From Pseudovirgaria hyperparasitica (Eukaryota), in the NCBI GenBank assembly GCA_010093815.1, contig ML996570.1: a DNA stretch of 64,000 nucleotides, one strand, 5' to 3'. Under the pieces are notes generated by a model. It was not told the origin of the DNA. It searched no databases and saw only the letters and a program-made list of their open reading frames with translations. The translations under genes were made by a program, and so were the position numbers. Below, piece after piece: positions 52,273-64,000 of this stretch (position 1 is the first letter of the stretch; each line of letters starts with the position of its first letter).

Positions 52273-53292
52273 ATGGCGTTTCCTACGTGGCTACCTTTTG
52301 TTGTAGCCATAGTGGCATTACTTGGCGCATATGTGGTCTTTAGTGGCAGTGGTATGCTATTCTCCCGGGTGCAGATCGAACGAAGCTGACAATCGGAACT
52401 GTAGCGGTAAAGAAGACTCCAGTGCTCAAGCCGACCGAGTTCCAGACTTTTGACCTGAAAGAGAAGACAGTCCTATCACACAACACGGCGATGTGCGTAT
52501 CATAGACTCAAAACCATCACGTAGAGCCTTCTTGACTGATAATCGACGCCAGTTACCGCTTCGCGCTTCCCAACGAAACCGATATCCTTGGTCTCCCCAT
52601 CGGCCAGCACATCTCGCTTGCAGCGACCATCGATGGCAAGGAGATCGTCCGCTCGTATACTCCCATCTCCTCCGATGAAGACTCCGGCTTCTTCGACCTC
52701 ATCATCAAGGCATATCCAACCGGAAATATTAGCAAGCACATGGCGTCCTTGAAAGTTGGGCAATCGATGAAAGTTAGGGGACCAAAGGGGGCTATGGTAT
52801 ACACACCGAACCTGGTCAGACACTTTGGCATGATCGCCGGTGGAACTGGTATCACGCCGATGTTGCAGATCATCAAGGCCATTATCCGCGGGAGGCCAAG
52901 GAACGGCGGCAACGACAATACTGAAGTGGACCTGATATTCGCAAACGTCAACCCGGAAGACATTCTACTGAAGGAAGATTTGGACAAACTAGCTGCTGAG
53001 GATGATAAGTTCCGCGTACACTACGTTCTGAACAACCCACCCGAGAAGTGGGATGGTGGTACTGGATTCGTCACAGCTGATATGATAAAGGTATGTGACG
53101 TGATGCATCACACACGCCACCAAAACTAATCAGGCGTTGTAGGCCAAACTCCCGGCACCAGCGGGCGACATCAAGATTCTTCTTTGTGGTCCTCCACCAA
53201 TGATCAGCGCCATGAAGAAGGCCACGCAAGAACTTGGCTACGATAAGCCTCGCCCTGTCAGCAAGCTCGAAGACCAAGTCTTCTGCTTCTAG
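52273..53292 (+). CDS. CBR1: NADH-cytochrome b5 reductase
   Basis: N-terminal TM anchor, [36 protein letters not shown], ends DQVFCF*. Three introns. Confidence 0.93.
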
Positions 53293-53582
53293 ATGTTGGA
53301 ACGATCGACGAACAGCACAACCAAGCAAGCTGCTACCTTTGGCAAACAAGACTATGAATTGCTAAAATAGTAAAATAGGCTTAGCATCAATGTAGCGTTG
53401 CCATACCTTTGTGCTTGAATTATTCGGACTACCACTATGTACGCAATCGGTATAGAGTAACGTTAGATAACGACAGACTACATAGTCAGTAGAGAGAAAT
53501 CTAGGCACAAGTATCGCATATCACCTGTTTATTCTACCATGGTGCTCGACCAAGACACAACCCGACCGCGTTGAAGGAAGCC

Positions 53583-54788
53583 TTACAGTTTGCTAATAAA
53601 GCCCAGAATTGCATCAACCACTTGTTTGGGCTGTTCCTGCTGCGGCCAATGTCCTGCACCCTTCAGGAACGTCACGCCTCTGAAATCCGAGCACGAGTTC
53701 GGCAGATTTTCGATGACACCCGGCTGCTGATAATTGCCCCAGTCCTTATCTCCTGAGACAAAGGTAGCAGGGCATTCAATCTTCTTGCCAGCAAAAAGAT
53801 CCACATCTCTCATGTTTTCTGGATTCGTCTGCGCTCTGTACCAGTTCAAGCCGCCTTGAAAGCCTGTTCGACTCCATTCCTGCACATACACCGCCAAATC
53901 GTCATCTGACAGCCATCTCTTCGTCACACCCTCGTCTTCACCAGTCATGTTCGCGGCAACAACCTCAGGCATCGTGCTATCCAGCGGCAGCACATAGTAC
54001 TCCGGCATCTTCCCTACCTCCTCCGCACTCCACGCTTTCAACGGCCGAGGCTCATTCCCTTTCCAATCCGCACTCTTCAAATGGATATACCCGCGCAGAA
54101 ACTTCTGCAGCCCCTGTCGGGGATGCAACCAATCTCCCGCAGCGCTTGCTGTGCTATTGTACCACTTATAATGCTTTCGTGGTCGTGGTAAGCTTGCTAG
54201 ATCTGCTGCAATATTCCTTCCCGCGCCGCCACCCTCAATCCCCCCCGGTCCTGCATCAGAGTGGGCATAATCGAACGGCAGTACGGACGAGCCCTTGAAC
54301 GGATGGCTCATCAGCACCACACTGGTGAATAGATCGGGCCGCATCAGGGCACACATGGCCGCGCTCACCCCGCCGAAATCGTGCCCGACGACGCAACGCA
54401 CGGAGGTATATCCGAGTGCGTGCACCAGCACGACCATGTCGCGCACTAGATTTGTGAGTTGGTAGGTTGAGAGATCGGTGGCGTGGAAGGGCGAGGCATC
54501 CCAGCCGGTGGTGCGACCGTAGCCGCGTTGGTCAGGGGCAACAACGTAGTAGCCGGCAGAGGAGAGCGTGGGCATGATGTGCCGCCAGGAGAAGGCGAGT
54601 TCCGGAAAACCATGGAGCAGGAGGATGAGAGGCCGGGTCTTGGAGTTGGAGTGGGAGTCCGGACCGGAGGGTAAGGCGTCGTGGCCGGCTTCGAGGACGT
54701 GAAATGTCAGGCCGGTGGTTGGGCAGGAGATGTAGTTTTCTGTTATACCGTCTGGTAGAGGAAGTGGTGGAAAAGGGGCAGGAGGCAT
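53583..54788 (-). CDS. Alpha/beta-hydrolase, soluble epoxide hydrolase-like, with PTS1
   Basis: LLHGFPELAFSWR, APDQRGYG, nucleophile motif VGHDFGG, GGLNWYR and GAGHWPQQEQP. Ends in SKL. Confidence 0.9.
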   Translation of the reverse strand: MPPAPFPPLPLPDGITENYISCPTTGLTFHVLEAGHDALPSGPDSHSNSKTRPLILLLHGFPELAFSWRHIMPTLSSAGYYVVAPDQRGYGRTTGWDASPFHATDLSTYQLTNLVRDMVVLVHALGYTSVRCVVGHDFGGVSAAMCALMRPDLFTSVVLMSHPFKGSSVLPFDYAHSDAGPGGIEGGGAGRNIAADLASLPRPRKHYKWYNSTASAAGDWLHPRQGLQKFLRGYIHLKSADWKGNEPRPLKAWSAEEVGKMPEYYVLPLDSTMPEVVAANMTGEDEGVTKRWLSDDDLAVYVQEWSRTGFQGGLNWYRAQTNPENMRDVDLFAGKKIECPATFVSGDKDWGNYQQPGVIENLPNSCSDFRGVTFLKGAGHWPQQEQPKQVVDAILGFISKL

Positions 54789-55731
54789 GGTGATAATCTG
54801 GCGATAGATGTCTGGTGATAGTATTCTGGTGATAGACGTCTGGTGGTGTGGCTGATGCGTAATGCAGTGCAATTATGCACGTATGCTGTGGTAGATCTGC
54901 CTGATTGATAGATAATTTCGTGTCTCCCGGATGCTTGCTTATTTTGGACCCTGAAGTGAATAATATCCGCGCTTCGGGTCGGGAATGGATTGAGCAACTG
55001 TCTAGGCGTATCACGACGCAGGCATGAAGTTGGTAGGCAACATGTAGGATATATGGAAGATAACTCTACAACATTGTTGGATATGTATAAGACATGTCGT
55101 GTTCATAATCATTACTACTCCCATACCCTTGACGTAGTGCTGACGGTGCAGTTTGCGGCGTTCATCCGGTATGCAGCCTTAATCGTCAGGCATCCAGGCG
55201 ATTCGGAGCAGGAGCAGTACGATCATGATTCGGAGCGATCAACGGACCGAATGAAGCAGCTCTGACGTCGATCCGTGCGTAGCTTCGTTGTTTCCCGTCG
55301 TTGGTCTCTGATTAGCGTCGATCGCCAACAAGGAAATCGCAAGAGGGAGAGAACTGTTGTTGCTGACTCCATCTTTCAACTGCTTCTCAACGACATATTC
55401 CTCCTTTTCATCCTCCGCCTTGTTTTTCTTCACCTTCATCCTACGTCTGACAATCTCACTTGAGCCATTTCTTTAACTCTTCTCACCATCACACGCCCTC
55501 CTACATACACGTTCTTTCTCTTTGTCTACTTCCGCATCCGTCATTGTCAAGATCGCTTGTGCCGCCCCGGTCGCAGTACCACGTTCCACGTCACCGCTGT
55601 CATTATTGACACCTCGCGCGTCAGTCCTCAGTCACTTGGTTAGCTCTGGGCCGCGCCATGTCAATCAACACCTATCACATTCCCTCATAAATATCTCCTC
55701 AGGTCCAGACGACATTCATTAATACTCCACG

Positions 55732-58700
55732 ATGGTCTTCGGCTCCCGAAAGAGAGCGACCTCAAACCCAGTACGTCCAGCTCGCGACCCAAGCTATGCC
55801 CGTGGCTGGCTTCATGGGAATCAGTATCTACAGCAACTACTAACGCTCTATTGGTCTAGCCTCGACGCACTGGAGTCCCTACAACTCCCTCAAACCCTGC
55901 AACCCTCGCTGCTCTCCAAGGTGCGACTCGAGCTTTCGTCAAACCAGCATCGAATGGTCTCTCGTCTGCTGCGGCGGCTGCCGCACTGAAGGCGAACCCG
56001 ACAGTCCCCACACAGCCTGGAGAGCTACAAACAAAACGCATGGTCAGAAGAGGGTCGAATTCATCAATGGCAAGTGCGCCTGGCAATCTCGCCCCGCGGC
56101 ACAGCATCTCGCGTCAGAACAGTAATGCATCTATGAGCGAGCGGTCATTTCGCGCGCAGTCGCCAGACCCAAATCGGCACAACTCCTTGAGCATCTCGAA
56201 TGGATTACACAAACATGCGCCACCTGTACCTGCCATACCCAAGAATCTACAAGAATCAGCATTTCGGAGATCCATGAGTATTGAGCCTCCACAACGAAAC
56301 CACAGAGGCGTCAATGTGGACCGTGGCCTTGGCTCATCAATTCACAGCTCACCGGCAGATAGAACAATGAGCTTGACAGGTACCGATCGCGAGGAAGCAC
56401 GACTATCAATCAATTTCTCACGACCAATGTCTCCGCCAATACCCCCTGTCATGTCAGACAGCCCTAGCAGCCACAAGGGTCATAGTGGTTGGTTCACCGA
56501 GCCTGTCACTATCAGCAGAAGCCCACGAAACGCTACGCATGCGGTGTTACCGAACTCCACCGCAACAGATTACGAGAATGCGCAGCAGTTGATTCGCAAT
56601 GCAGCAGAGACACCCGTGACAAAGAAACAATACGCGTCAGCTACAGAAGGAACCCATTTAGCCAAAGGTGGGATGCAGGCGAAGCCTACAGGGACGGCTG
56701 TCCAAGTTCAAAAGCCTGCAAGCCCTACCACGCGCAGTCCTGCCACGAGCCAACCTGTTAATACTGTTGCGGACCAGCCACCAGTACATCTGGAAGGCGG
56801 CGTGCAGAGAACGACATCAGTCAGCCCTGCTCGATCCGCTCGGTTTCTTGATACCAGTGTCGAGACTGACGGTAAGAAACATCAACCTCCTCCACGATCC
56901 TTATCGCCCGCAAAATCTGCTCTGAAGCGTAGTGCGACTTCTCCTGGTCGTACAGCCTCTCCCGCCCAACGCTTCTCAAGTACCGTCAGTGAGGCTTCGG
57001 ATGTCGGATCCGACGATGGCAGAGGTTCCGCCACTAAGAAGAAAAAGAACTTCAGAGTGAGCTTTGACGAAGGAACCGTTGATCACAGCGCAGAGTCCCC
57101 ACCAGTTTCACCTACAAGAGGAGGTCTGCAGGCATCGAGATGGAGTGGTCAGACGGCAGTGGAGGACGATCTTGACCAAATCATGAAGCCACGGGCTGCT
57201 TTGCCCTCGTTCGGCAGCATTCGAGGACGACCGACCAGAGAAGATGATGGAGTTGCAGAGAAGGTCACCGAGACGGTGAACTCATCCATGACAAATTCTG
57301 TCAGCACGCTATCAGAACCGCAGGAAGCATCGAAAGATCACAATCTTGCCAACATCATCGCCCAAGATTTCGCGAAGAAGACCGTAGTTTCAGAACCACT
57401 GGCTCCAGAGGTCACGTCTGTAGAAGGCCAAGGATACCACTCTGATTCAGATATGGAAAGCGTCATCACGGACAACGGGACCACAGCTGAAAGACCTCCG
57501 ACTCCGCCACGTTTAAAGACTGCAACGAGATCAGAGGCATCTCCTGATGAGGATGTAACCTCACCAGTCGTTATTGCAGTGCAGCCTCCTACGCCCAAAG
57601 TAGAGCAGGACGAAGAGGATCTGTTTGCTGTTCCAGGCAGCTGGGATGATTTCGAAGGTGGATCGTCAGCAAGGTCGTCTGCTGAACAACCACGCAAAGC
57701 TGAGCCAGTCGAGGAAAAGGTTGTCTCTTCTGCCCGGTCCCTGCCGAAACGGGAGCCTGTCACTGAGGCTGAGCAAGAACCGGAAGATACGCCTCGCGGC
57801 TACACTCAGTACGATAGTCCAGCTAGAGGCGACCCTGATGTTGGCCTTTCAATACTGGAAGAAGAGTCGGAGTCGGACGGTGGAAGCATTTATAGCGATG
57901 CTGAAGAAGACCTTTCTGATGGAGGTGGTTTTGCTTCTCTTGATGCCATCGTTGAGAGTCCTGTCGTATCGACTCCACAAAAGCACTTGCCAAGATTGTC
58001 TGTCGACACATCGCCATCTCCTCTTGCTGTGAAGGCATCACAACTTGCTGAGCCGGTGACCGAACAGAGCTTGCCAAGAACACACACGCGTAGCCCATCG
58101 GAGGATTGGGACGAAGCTAAGCAGTACTGGACTGGCCTGAGTGTAGAGAAACGGAAAGAGGTGGAACGCCAGGAGGCTATGAGAGCAGCTCAAGTTATAG
58201 TCACCGCACCTGAGAGTGCCCAACTAAAGCCGAGAACTAAGAAAAAGACTGCTCAACAGACCTCTCCTGTGTTGCAAGATGAATCGAGTGTACGCGGGAT
58301 CAGCAACACTGCAGTCTCAGCAGCTCCATCTCGTTCAAACAGACAGCAGCCCGCCCCGCCGGCGAAGCCTGTCTTGAAGCCAACCATGCGTACTCCCCAG
58401 CAAGATCAGCCACCTTCTTTGCAGCCAAAGTCAAGTTTACGACAAAGCATGCGTGGACCTGCGCCTGCACCACGATCAACCCCGGCTCCTATGAGAAAGT
58501 CTATGCGAGGCGAGCAACCAAACAAATCAAATTCTGTCTTGAGGCCAGGCTTGGGCGCTTCCAAGTACAGTAGCGGCAGTGATGACAACCGTGAGCATCG
58601 TTCACGCACAGGAATTGCTATAGCGCCCTTGAAAGGTGTGCCACCTCCGCGTCCTCGGTCTACAGCTCGCATATCAGCCCAACCGCGTGCAATGTCCATG

Positions 58701-60005
58701 GATGATAATGACTCCGATGCGTCAGAGAGCAGTTTCCGTAGGTCTCGACAAAAGCCTGGTGGCGGTGGTATGATGACCATGAGGAGCACCATGAGAGGGG
58801 CGGCTCAGCCCGCTTCCTATGCAGCACCAGCACCACTGCAAAACAGAAGACCTGTGTCCATGATGAATCAAGGTAGACCTTCTTCCATGATGGGGTCAAT
58901 GAGACGACCCACGTCTCCAGATAATGGCCCTCGGTCGTCTCGCTTCAGTGTTCGCTCCATGTCACCAACAGGATCTGTAACAGGATCCATGTTTGGCAGG
59001 TCTTTCCGCTCTGGGTCTGTTGGCCCGGATGCAGCCCCTTTCCGAGGAGAAAAGGAACGGCCGTCGTCGAAAGGGTCCATGTTTTCATTCGGAAGCAAGA
59101 AGGAGAAAGAAAACAAGAGGATTCGACCAATATCCTCGTCCTCCTTTGCGGTGCCAGCGCCTAAAGCTAGCAGTCAAAGTCGCTTCAGAAGTCGCTTCGC
59201 CGATTCCAGCGACGATGAAGATTACGATGAGCCTCATTCTATGCCAATCCCAGCTTTCAGAAGCCGGTATGCTGATTCTGACGACGATGAGGATGTTCCA
59301 CCAGTCCCTCCCATGCCAAAAGATCTGACTCCTGTACGTGGCATCCCTCGCCGTCGAGGACAGGATGACGCAGATTCCACCGATCTTGAAGGCGAGGATA
59401 GCGACAGAGAGGAACCACAGACATCTGCCACCGTTACCAAGGGCACTCAAGGTAGCGCCCTCATATCAGGCTCCCTCCGCGATTCCAAGCACGCCCGTAT
59501 CGCCCCCGATGTTCCTGAGCCTTCGGGCGCTGCCAGAGAAAAGAAGAAGCGTGGCTTCTTCGGTCTTGGACGCAAAAAACCAACTACCTCGAGCGCCCTC
59601 GCGACTATCAGTTTAGGCCGCCCGTCCACACCCGAAACACGTGAACATACGACCCAGCCCGTCGCTGCGAGCCCCCGAAGCCCGACCAGCCCGACAGCCG
59701 CTAGTCGTGGTAAGCTGCAACGTCGAAACACACCACAGCGCATGACGTCGGATTCGTGGCCACTGCCTATGCCACCCAAGATCACTGGCGATATGCCGCG
59801 GCCGGCGAGCTCGGATGGGCCTCTGTCGAATGGGCTTAGTGTGGGCAAGCGACCGCCGCTTGGAGAGCGCATCACAAGTACGGGTACGACAGCCACGGCG
59901 CCGATGGTCAGGAGTGATGTTACAGGGCATAGGGTCATTGTCGGAAGGAATGGAAAGAAGAAGAGGTTCCAGGGGCTAAGGAGGGCATTTGGGATGGAGG
60001 ACTAA
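55732..60005 (+). CDS. Large low-complexity Ser/Pro/Arg-rich protein, possibly eisosome Seg1/Sle1-like
   Basis: Exon 55732-55770, intron 55771-55859, then an open frame to 60005. Contains LSSAAAAAALK, QTKRMVRRGS and the basic C-terminus KKKRFQGLRRAFGMED. Confidence 0.7.
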
Positions 60006-61566
60006 AGCGCGGTGGACCTATTCATTGCGCGCTGAGGGTATTTATTGTCAGCATGATTCTGCACGTCAGGCATTTCCTTGCGTGGACACTGGCAAGCAGT
60101 CATTCATATATACACTGCACGATCCTGGTATGTTTCGCTACGTTTTACTGGGGGATGGATGTAAGCAGGCGGTGAGATTGGTTGTGGATCTCGAAGTTCG
60201 CGATCTGAGGCTTTCCAACTTATTCAATTTTTATTCAACTTAAGAAAGGTTTAATCTATGATTACATCTGGGGACTATTCTGGGTGATGATCTTATCCTG
60301 GACGCGTTGTCTAGGGGAATTTGGAAGAGGGAGTGATCGATATGTATGTATGCATCAAAGTGTAGGAGAGGCAGAGAGAAGTAAAGGCGGAGTGGATTTG
60401 GGGAGGTAATATTTAATCTGTTGCCGACTGATTGTTACCTTGATACGCTGCCTGCAAGTGAGGGTGTTTGACGAGTGGTGCTTGTGTTATGTGTGTGATG
60501 CTTTCGATTAATTACCCAATGGAGCCTCTGTGCTCTGCTCTGAAGAGAGTGTGGTGGTTTCAAGGGGACACGATACATGCATATACATGCATATTTCCTT
60601 TCGTCATTATCGTCGTTGCTTTGAAATCTTGGGCTATAAAACCCAGTATATTAATTATGCTTCCACTTTTCCATCGACGGTATCATGCTGGGCATTTTTG
60701 GCGGTCTTTCCATCAATATGATCCTTCTTCCTTGTGTTTAGTTCCAATCTAGGTTCGTCCTTCTGTGTGCATGGTTCTGTTCTTGGAATTCTGGCTGTTT
60801 ACGCTGCATATCCGTACATATCTAGAGTTGGTTGTTGTCTGTTGTTGACAACTACATCTCTGATAAATTAGGCTGTCCACGACGCCCAGTAGCTCTGTCT
60901 GACATTTAACATCGCGGATGACTGCATACCGCGAAACTAGGCGGAGCAGCAATCTCATGTCCATCACGTAGGTCGCTCATTGGTCTTTGCTGTTATACAT
61001 GCATCTCTAAACTTCTCTAGCCTAGGAGAGACCAGAATATGCTACAAGACGATATAAGACGTATACCGTGACATGCCTCTCTATCTCATCCCAGAATTTG
61101 GCACAGACATAGAGCACACTTTCGAGTCCTGGCTATTTTACATGACAGATCAGTCGACCCGGGGGCTCCAGGACGTTGGCAGAACATATCACACGAGGTC
61201 TATACGTTGGAGAGTATTTGATCTAGCTTCTATTCGCACCCGGATATACTGAGTTCGGAGGCAGCTAATGGGTTCAGTAGAATTCACGATGGTGATCGGG
61301 TGAGCGACCCACGAGAGCGTATATCTGCGTATCACTGGAAGATGGAATCCTGGTGGAGCATCTGAGTATCAGAAGTTCAGAACATGACCCCTGATACAGC
61401 TCACACCATGTGTACACCTGGATGTCACAACATGGCGTCCTGGCGAAGATGTCTTCCATGTTACATGTTTTACATATGGGTATTATTCATGGAAATCAGC
61501 AAAACGCTAGTTACATCATAGAAAGTCTTGCAAGGTCCCACCTCACCTGAGACACATAAGGCACAT

Positions 61567-63254
61567 TCACCAGTCAGCTTCACGCCCAAGAATCCCCCAC
61601 CCAACTACCTGCCACACCTGCTGCCGGAACCAATCAGCCGTATGAGTCTCATATTCATGGGGAACAGTTGGAATTTTTGAACTAGGGAGTGGTTTATGCA
61701 AGCAATTATCCGCGGTTGTGCCTTCATTCGAACCAAATATACCATTGACAAGCGTCTGCTGAAGCAGCTCTTTCGCATGTGTATGCAGAAGAACTTTCGG
61801 CACAGATGTGGTCTTTGAAGCCGTTGACTGCTTCCCTCTCACTGCTGTCTTCGTGCGTTGCATAGACGTGATGACGGGCCCGAGAAGCTGCGGTGCAAGC
61901 GAAAAGGATTTTTCGAGGATGGAGATCAGGTATGGAGCTTCGTAGGCGAGAGACTTGGCTCCCTGCTCGTCTGAAGCACATCCTGAGCCGCCGAGACGGA
62001 TGTCGTCGTCGACGCTTTGTCCGCGCTCGTGACTGAAAGTGCAACAATAGATTCGTCGACCGACACGCTCTAAGAGGACGTACATGAGAGCTTCGAAGAT
62101 GTCTCTGTGACTGGACTGGGAAGGGTCCAAGGCAGACAAGCATGCATTCAGGAATTGCGTTATTGCTCTGCCTAGATCTTGGGCCTGTGGGGTGTTCTGT
62201 CGAGATTTGGGTTTTGTCTTGCCGAGCTGTGATCCTGTACCAGTAGTGTCAATGCTAGACCGCGCCGCTTTTGACTCTGCAGAATCTACTATGGCCTTAA
62301 GAGCTACCTGGAACATGCGGGCGCAGCAGTACACGACATGAGCCGTCGGGTCTTCGAAGGCAGCTTGTCTCGGGATATTCGACAGGCCTAAGAGTAAGGT
62401 CGAGAAGGCACAGGCAATAGCGCGAATGACATGCGCAATGTCGGATGCTGCTTTCCGTCTCGCTTTGACAGGCCCAGGTACACGAGCATTGCTTTCGACG
62501 TCTGTTTCCTGGTGGTGTCTTTGAATCACGACCTTGAGGACTCCGCCGATAGAAGACGCTATAGACGCCAAATGGAAGCTCAGGTTTGGAGCGTCCGGTT
62601 CAGAGCTCTTGCAGAGACATTGGACTTGCATGACGCTACGTAGAAGCGTGATGCCATCTGTGAACTGTTAGCTTTTTGCTACTTCCCTTCAAGCTCATAC
62701 CGTCACCGAATGCAGCGATCGAATGCAAGGGCTCAAGGTGGGTCGTAATCGCAGTCTGTGAGGTAGGTCCACTGATGTCGCTGTTCAACTTCGGTTTCTT
62801 TGCTGGTCGAGTCGAGACCGATTGCTTCCGTTTGCAACTTTTCACTGAAGTGGTGTGTGCTGCGCCGCTCGGCGATTCTGGTGCATCAGTCGGGTCTTTG
62901 AGCAGCTTGATCTTCTGTTCTAGGTCTGTCACTCGGGCCTGCAATTCGCTTCTCGATTCCTCAGCAGCTTCATGTTGGGATTTCCAAAAAGCAACTTGAT
63001 CCACTACCCACTGCGGCGATCGTTGTCGATAGAGTGGCCCTTCCTTTAGATGTCCTCTAAGTCTCATCATATATTCTGATTTCCGTAAGCTGGGTGGACA
63101 TTGGGCTAACAATGCTCGTGATGACTGACTAACCTCTGACTGAGACGTCCGCAGGCTTGGACCGAACAATTGCTAAGGCAAAGGCTACTTGCAATCCGCT
63201 CGGCGTTATCGACTCATTGATGGCTTCTTTCGAAGCCGCGAATAAAGGCATCAT
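61567..63254 (-). CDS. Hypothetical fungal protein with coiled coil and putative NLS
   Basis: Three exons join in frame (introns 63133-63076 and 62700-62658). Contains AFALAIVRSKP, a coiled coil and KRK...PAKKPK. Confidence 0.7.
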
Positions 63255-63482
63255 GGAAGCTGCCTCGGTGCGGGTTGATTACGAGGAAAGTTCAAATAGC
63301 CAAATAGGGAGAAGTCCTGTGGTTGCCAAGACTTTGCATTCTATACAGTCTGCTGTATACGCTGAGCAGGACGGCATATTATACGATCCATCGGGATAAT
63401 TTACAATTTTTTGGGGGGAATATTGTACAAAGGGAGAAATGTGTATACTTAAGTTTGTAATTGTGAGTGTATCTTTGCCACA

Positions 63483-64000
63483 TTATCTGTATCGCTCCGA
63501 GTCCTTCTTTTTGTACGGCAGAGACAATGGTTTTTTCCTCTTCAATTCAACATCCCAACCAGGGATGCCTGCCTTCTGCATTACTGCCTTCATGTTTTCG
63601 TCCCATACGGTTCGGAACATGTTGAAGCCGATTGGTCGCAGATTGTACTTGTCAATAAATGCTCGCAATTTGAAGCCATCCCTTTTCAATTTCGACCACG
63701 CCTTCACCTGCTCCGGGACCAGTGGATTCTCAGGGTCCTGCTCTAGGACAAATATGGGCATCCGATGATAAGGAGTGCCTTTCTGGGCGTGAGGGACCAG
63801 CCATGGGAGGATCGTGTGCTCATCCTTGAGCATAGCTAGCGGAAGGGATCTTTTGGTAGGTGAGATAGAAATGTTCGAGGCGATGTAGTGACACCTGTAG
63901 TCGAACGAGTCCTTCTCTAGATCGGGTACGTCTGCATCAAGGCAAACAACAGTGATGAGACGTTCACCTTTGTCAAACACTTGCACCTCCAGCTTCGGGA
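63483..64000 (-). CDS. MRPL35: Mitochondrial large-subunit ribosomal protein mL38 (PEBP fold), 3' part only
   Basis: LDADVPD...YRCHY, PHAQKGTPYHR, GFKLRAFIDKY and FRTVWDE. The gene runs off the end of the window. Confidence 0.82.
   Translation of the reverse strand, partial: PKLEVQVFDKGERLITVVCLDADVPDLEKDSFDYRCHYIASNISISPTKRSLPLAMLKDEHTILPWLVPHAQKGTPYHRMPIFVLEQDPENPLVPEQVKAWSKLKRDGFKLRAFIDKYNLRPIGFNMFRTVWDENMKAVMQKAGIPGWDVELKRKKPLSLPYKKKDSERYR

Noticed and set aside
55200..55236. Two GATTCGGAGC direct repeats (possible Zn2Cys6 CGG sites)
   Set aside because: Only two short copies, not distinguishable from chance without data.
60900..61460. Short ORFs and splice-like signals between convergent genes
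   Set aside because: No coherent gene model or recognisable motif.

Overview
Eukaryotic, intron-rich DNA from a filamentous ascomycete (Pezizomycotina; finer taxonomy cannot be established from this window). Introns are short (about 45-125 nt), mostly GT-AG, with CTRAY branch sites. Bases 1-6.7 kb are a microsatellite-rich tract with no convincing gene. About 22 protein-coding genes follow. Most are housekeeping: Obg-family GTPase, GH72 Gas/Gel, Yrb1, Taf14, Doa10, ZIP/Yke4, Nop16, formaldehyde dehydrogenase, Cbr1 and partial mL38. The most interesting part is a ~5 kb accessory-looking block at 27.3-32.3 kb. It holds a five-exon DUF3237-like gene that the ORF track misses, and a divergently transcribed multi-TM protein with a Cys-rich repeat ectodomain. 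Between them lie a degenerate ~70-bp tandem array with a TGACGTC motif in every unit and an AT/TpA-rich segment. Also notable are a large KDEL-ended repeat protein, a Seg1-like protein, an orphan with duplicated Cys motifs, micro-exons and a GC-AG intron. I found no tRNA, rRNA, CRISPR array or intact mobile element. Gene models were assembled by hand from splice signals, and family calls rest on motif recognition, not database searches.
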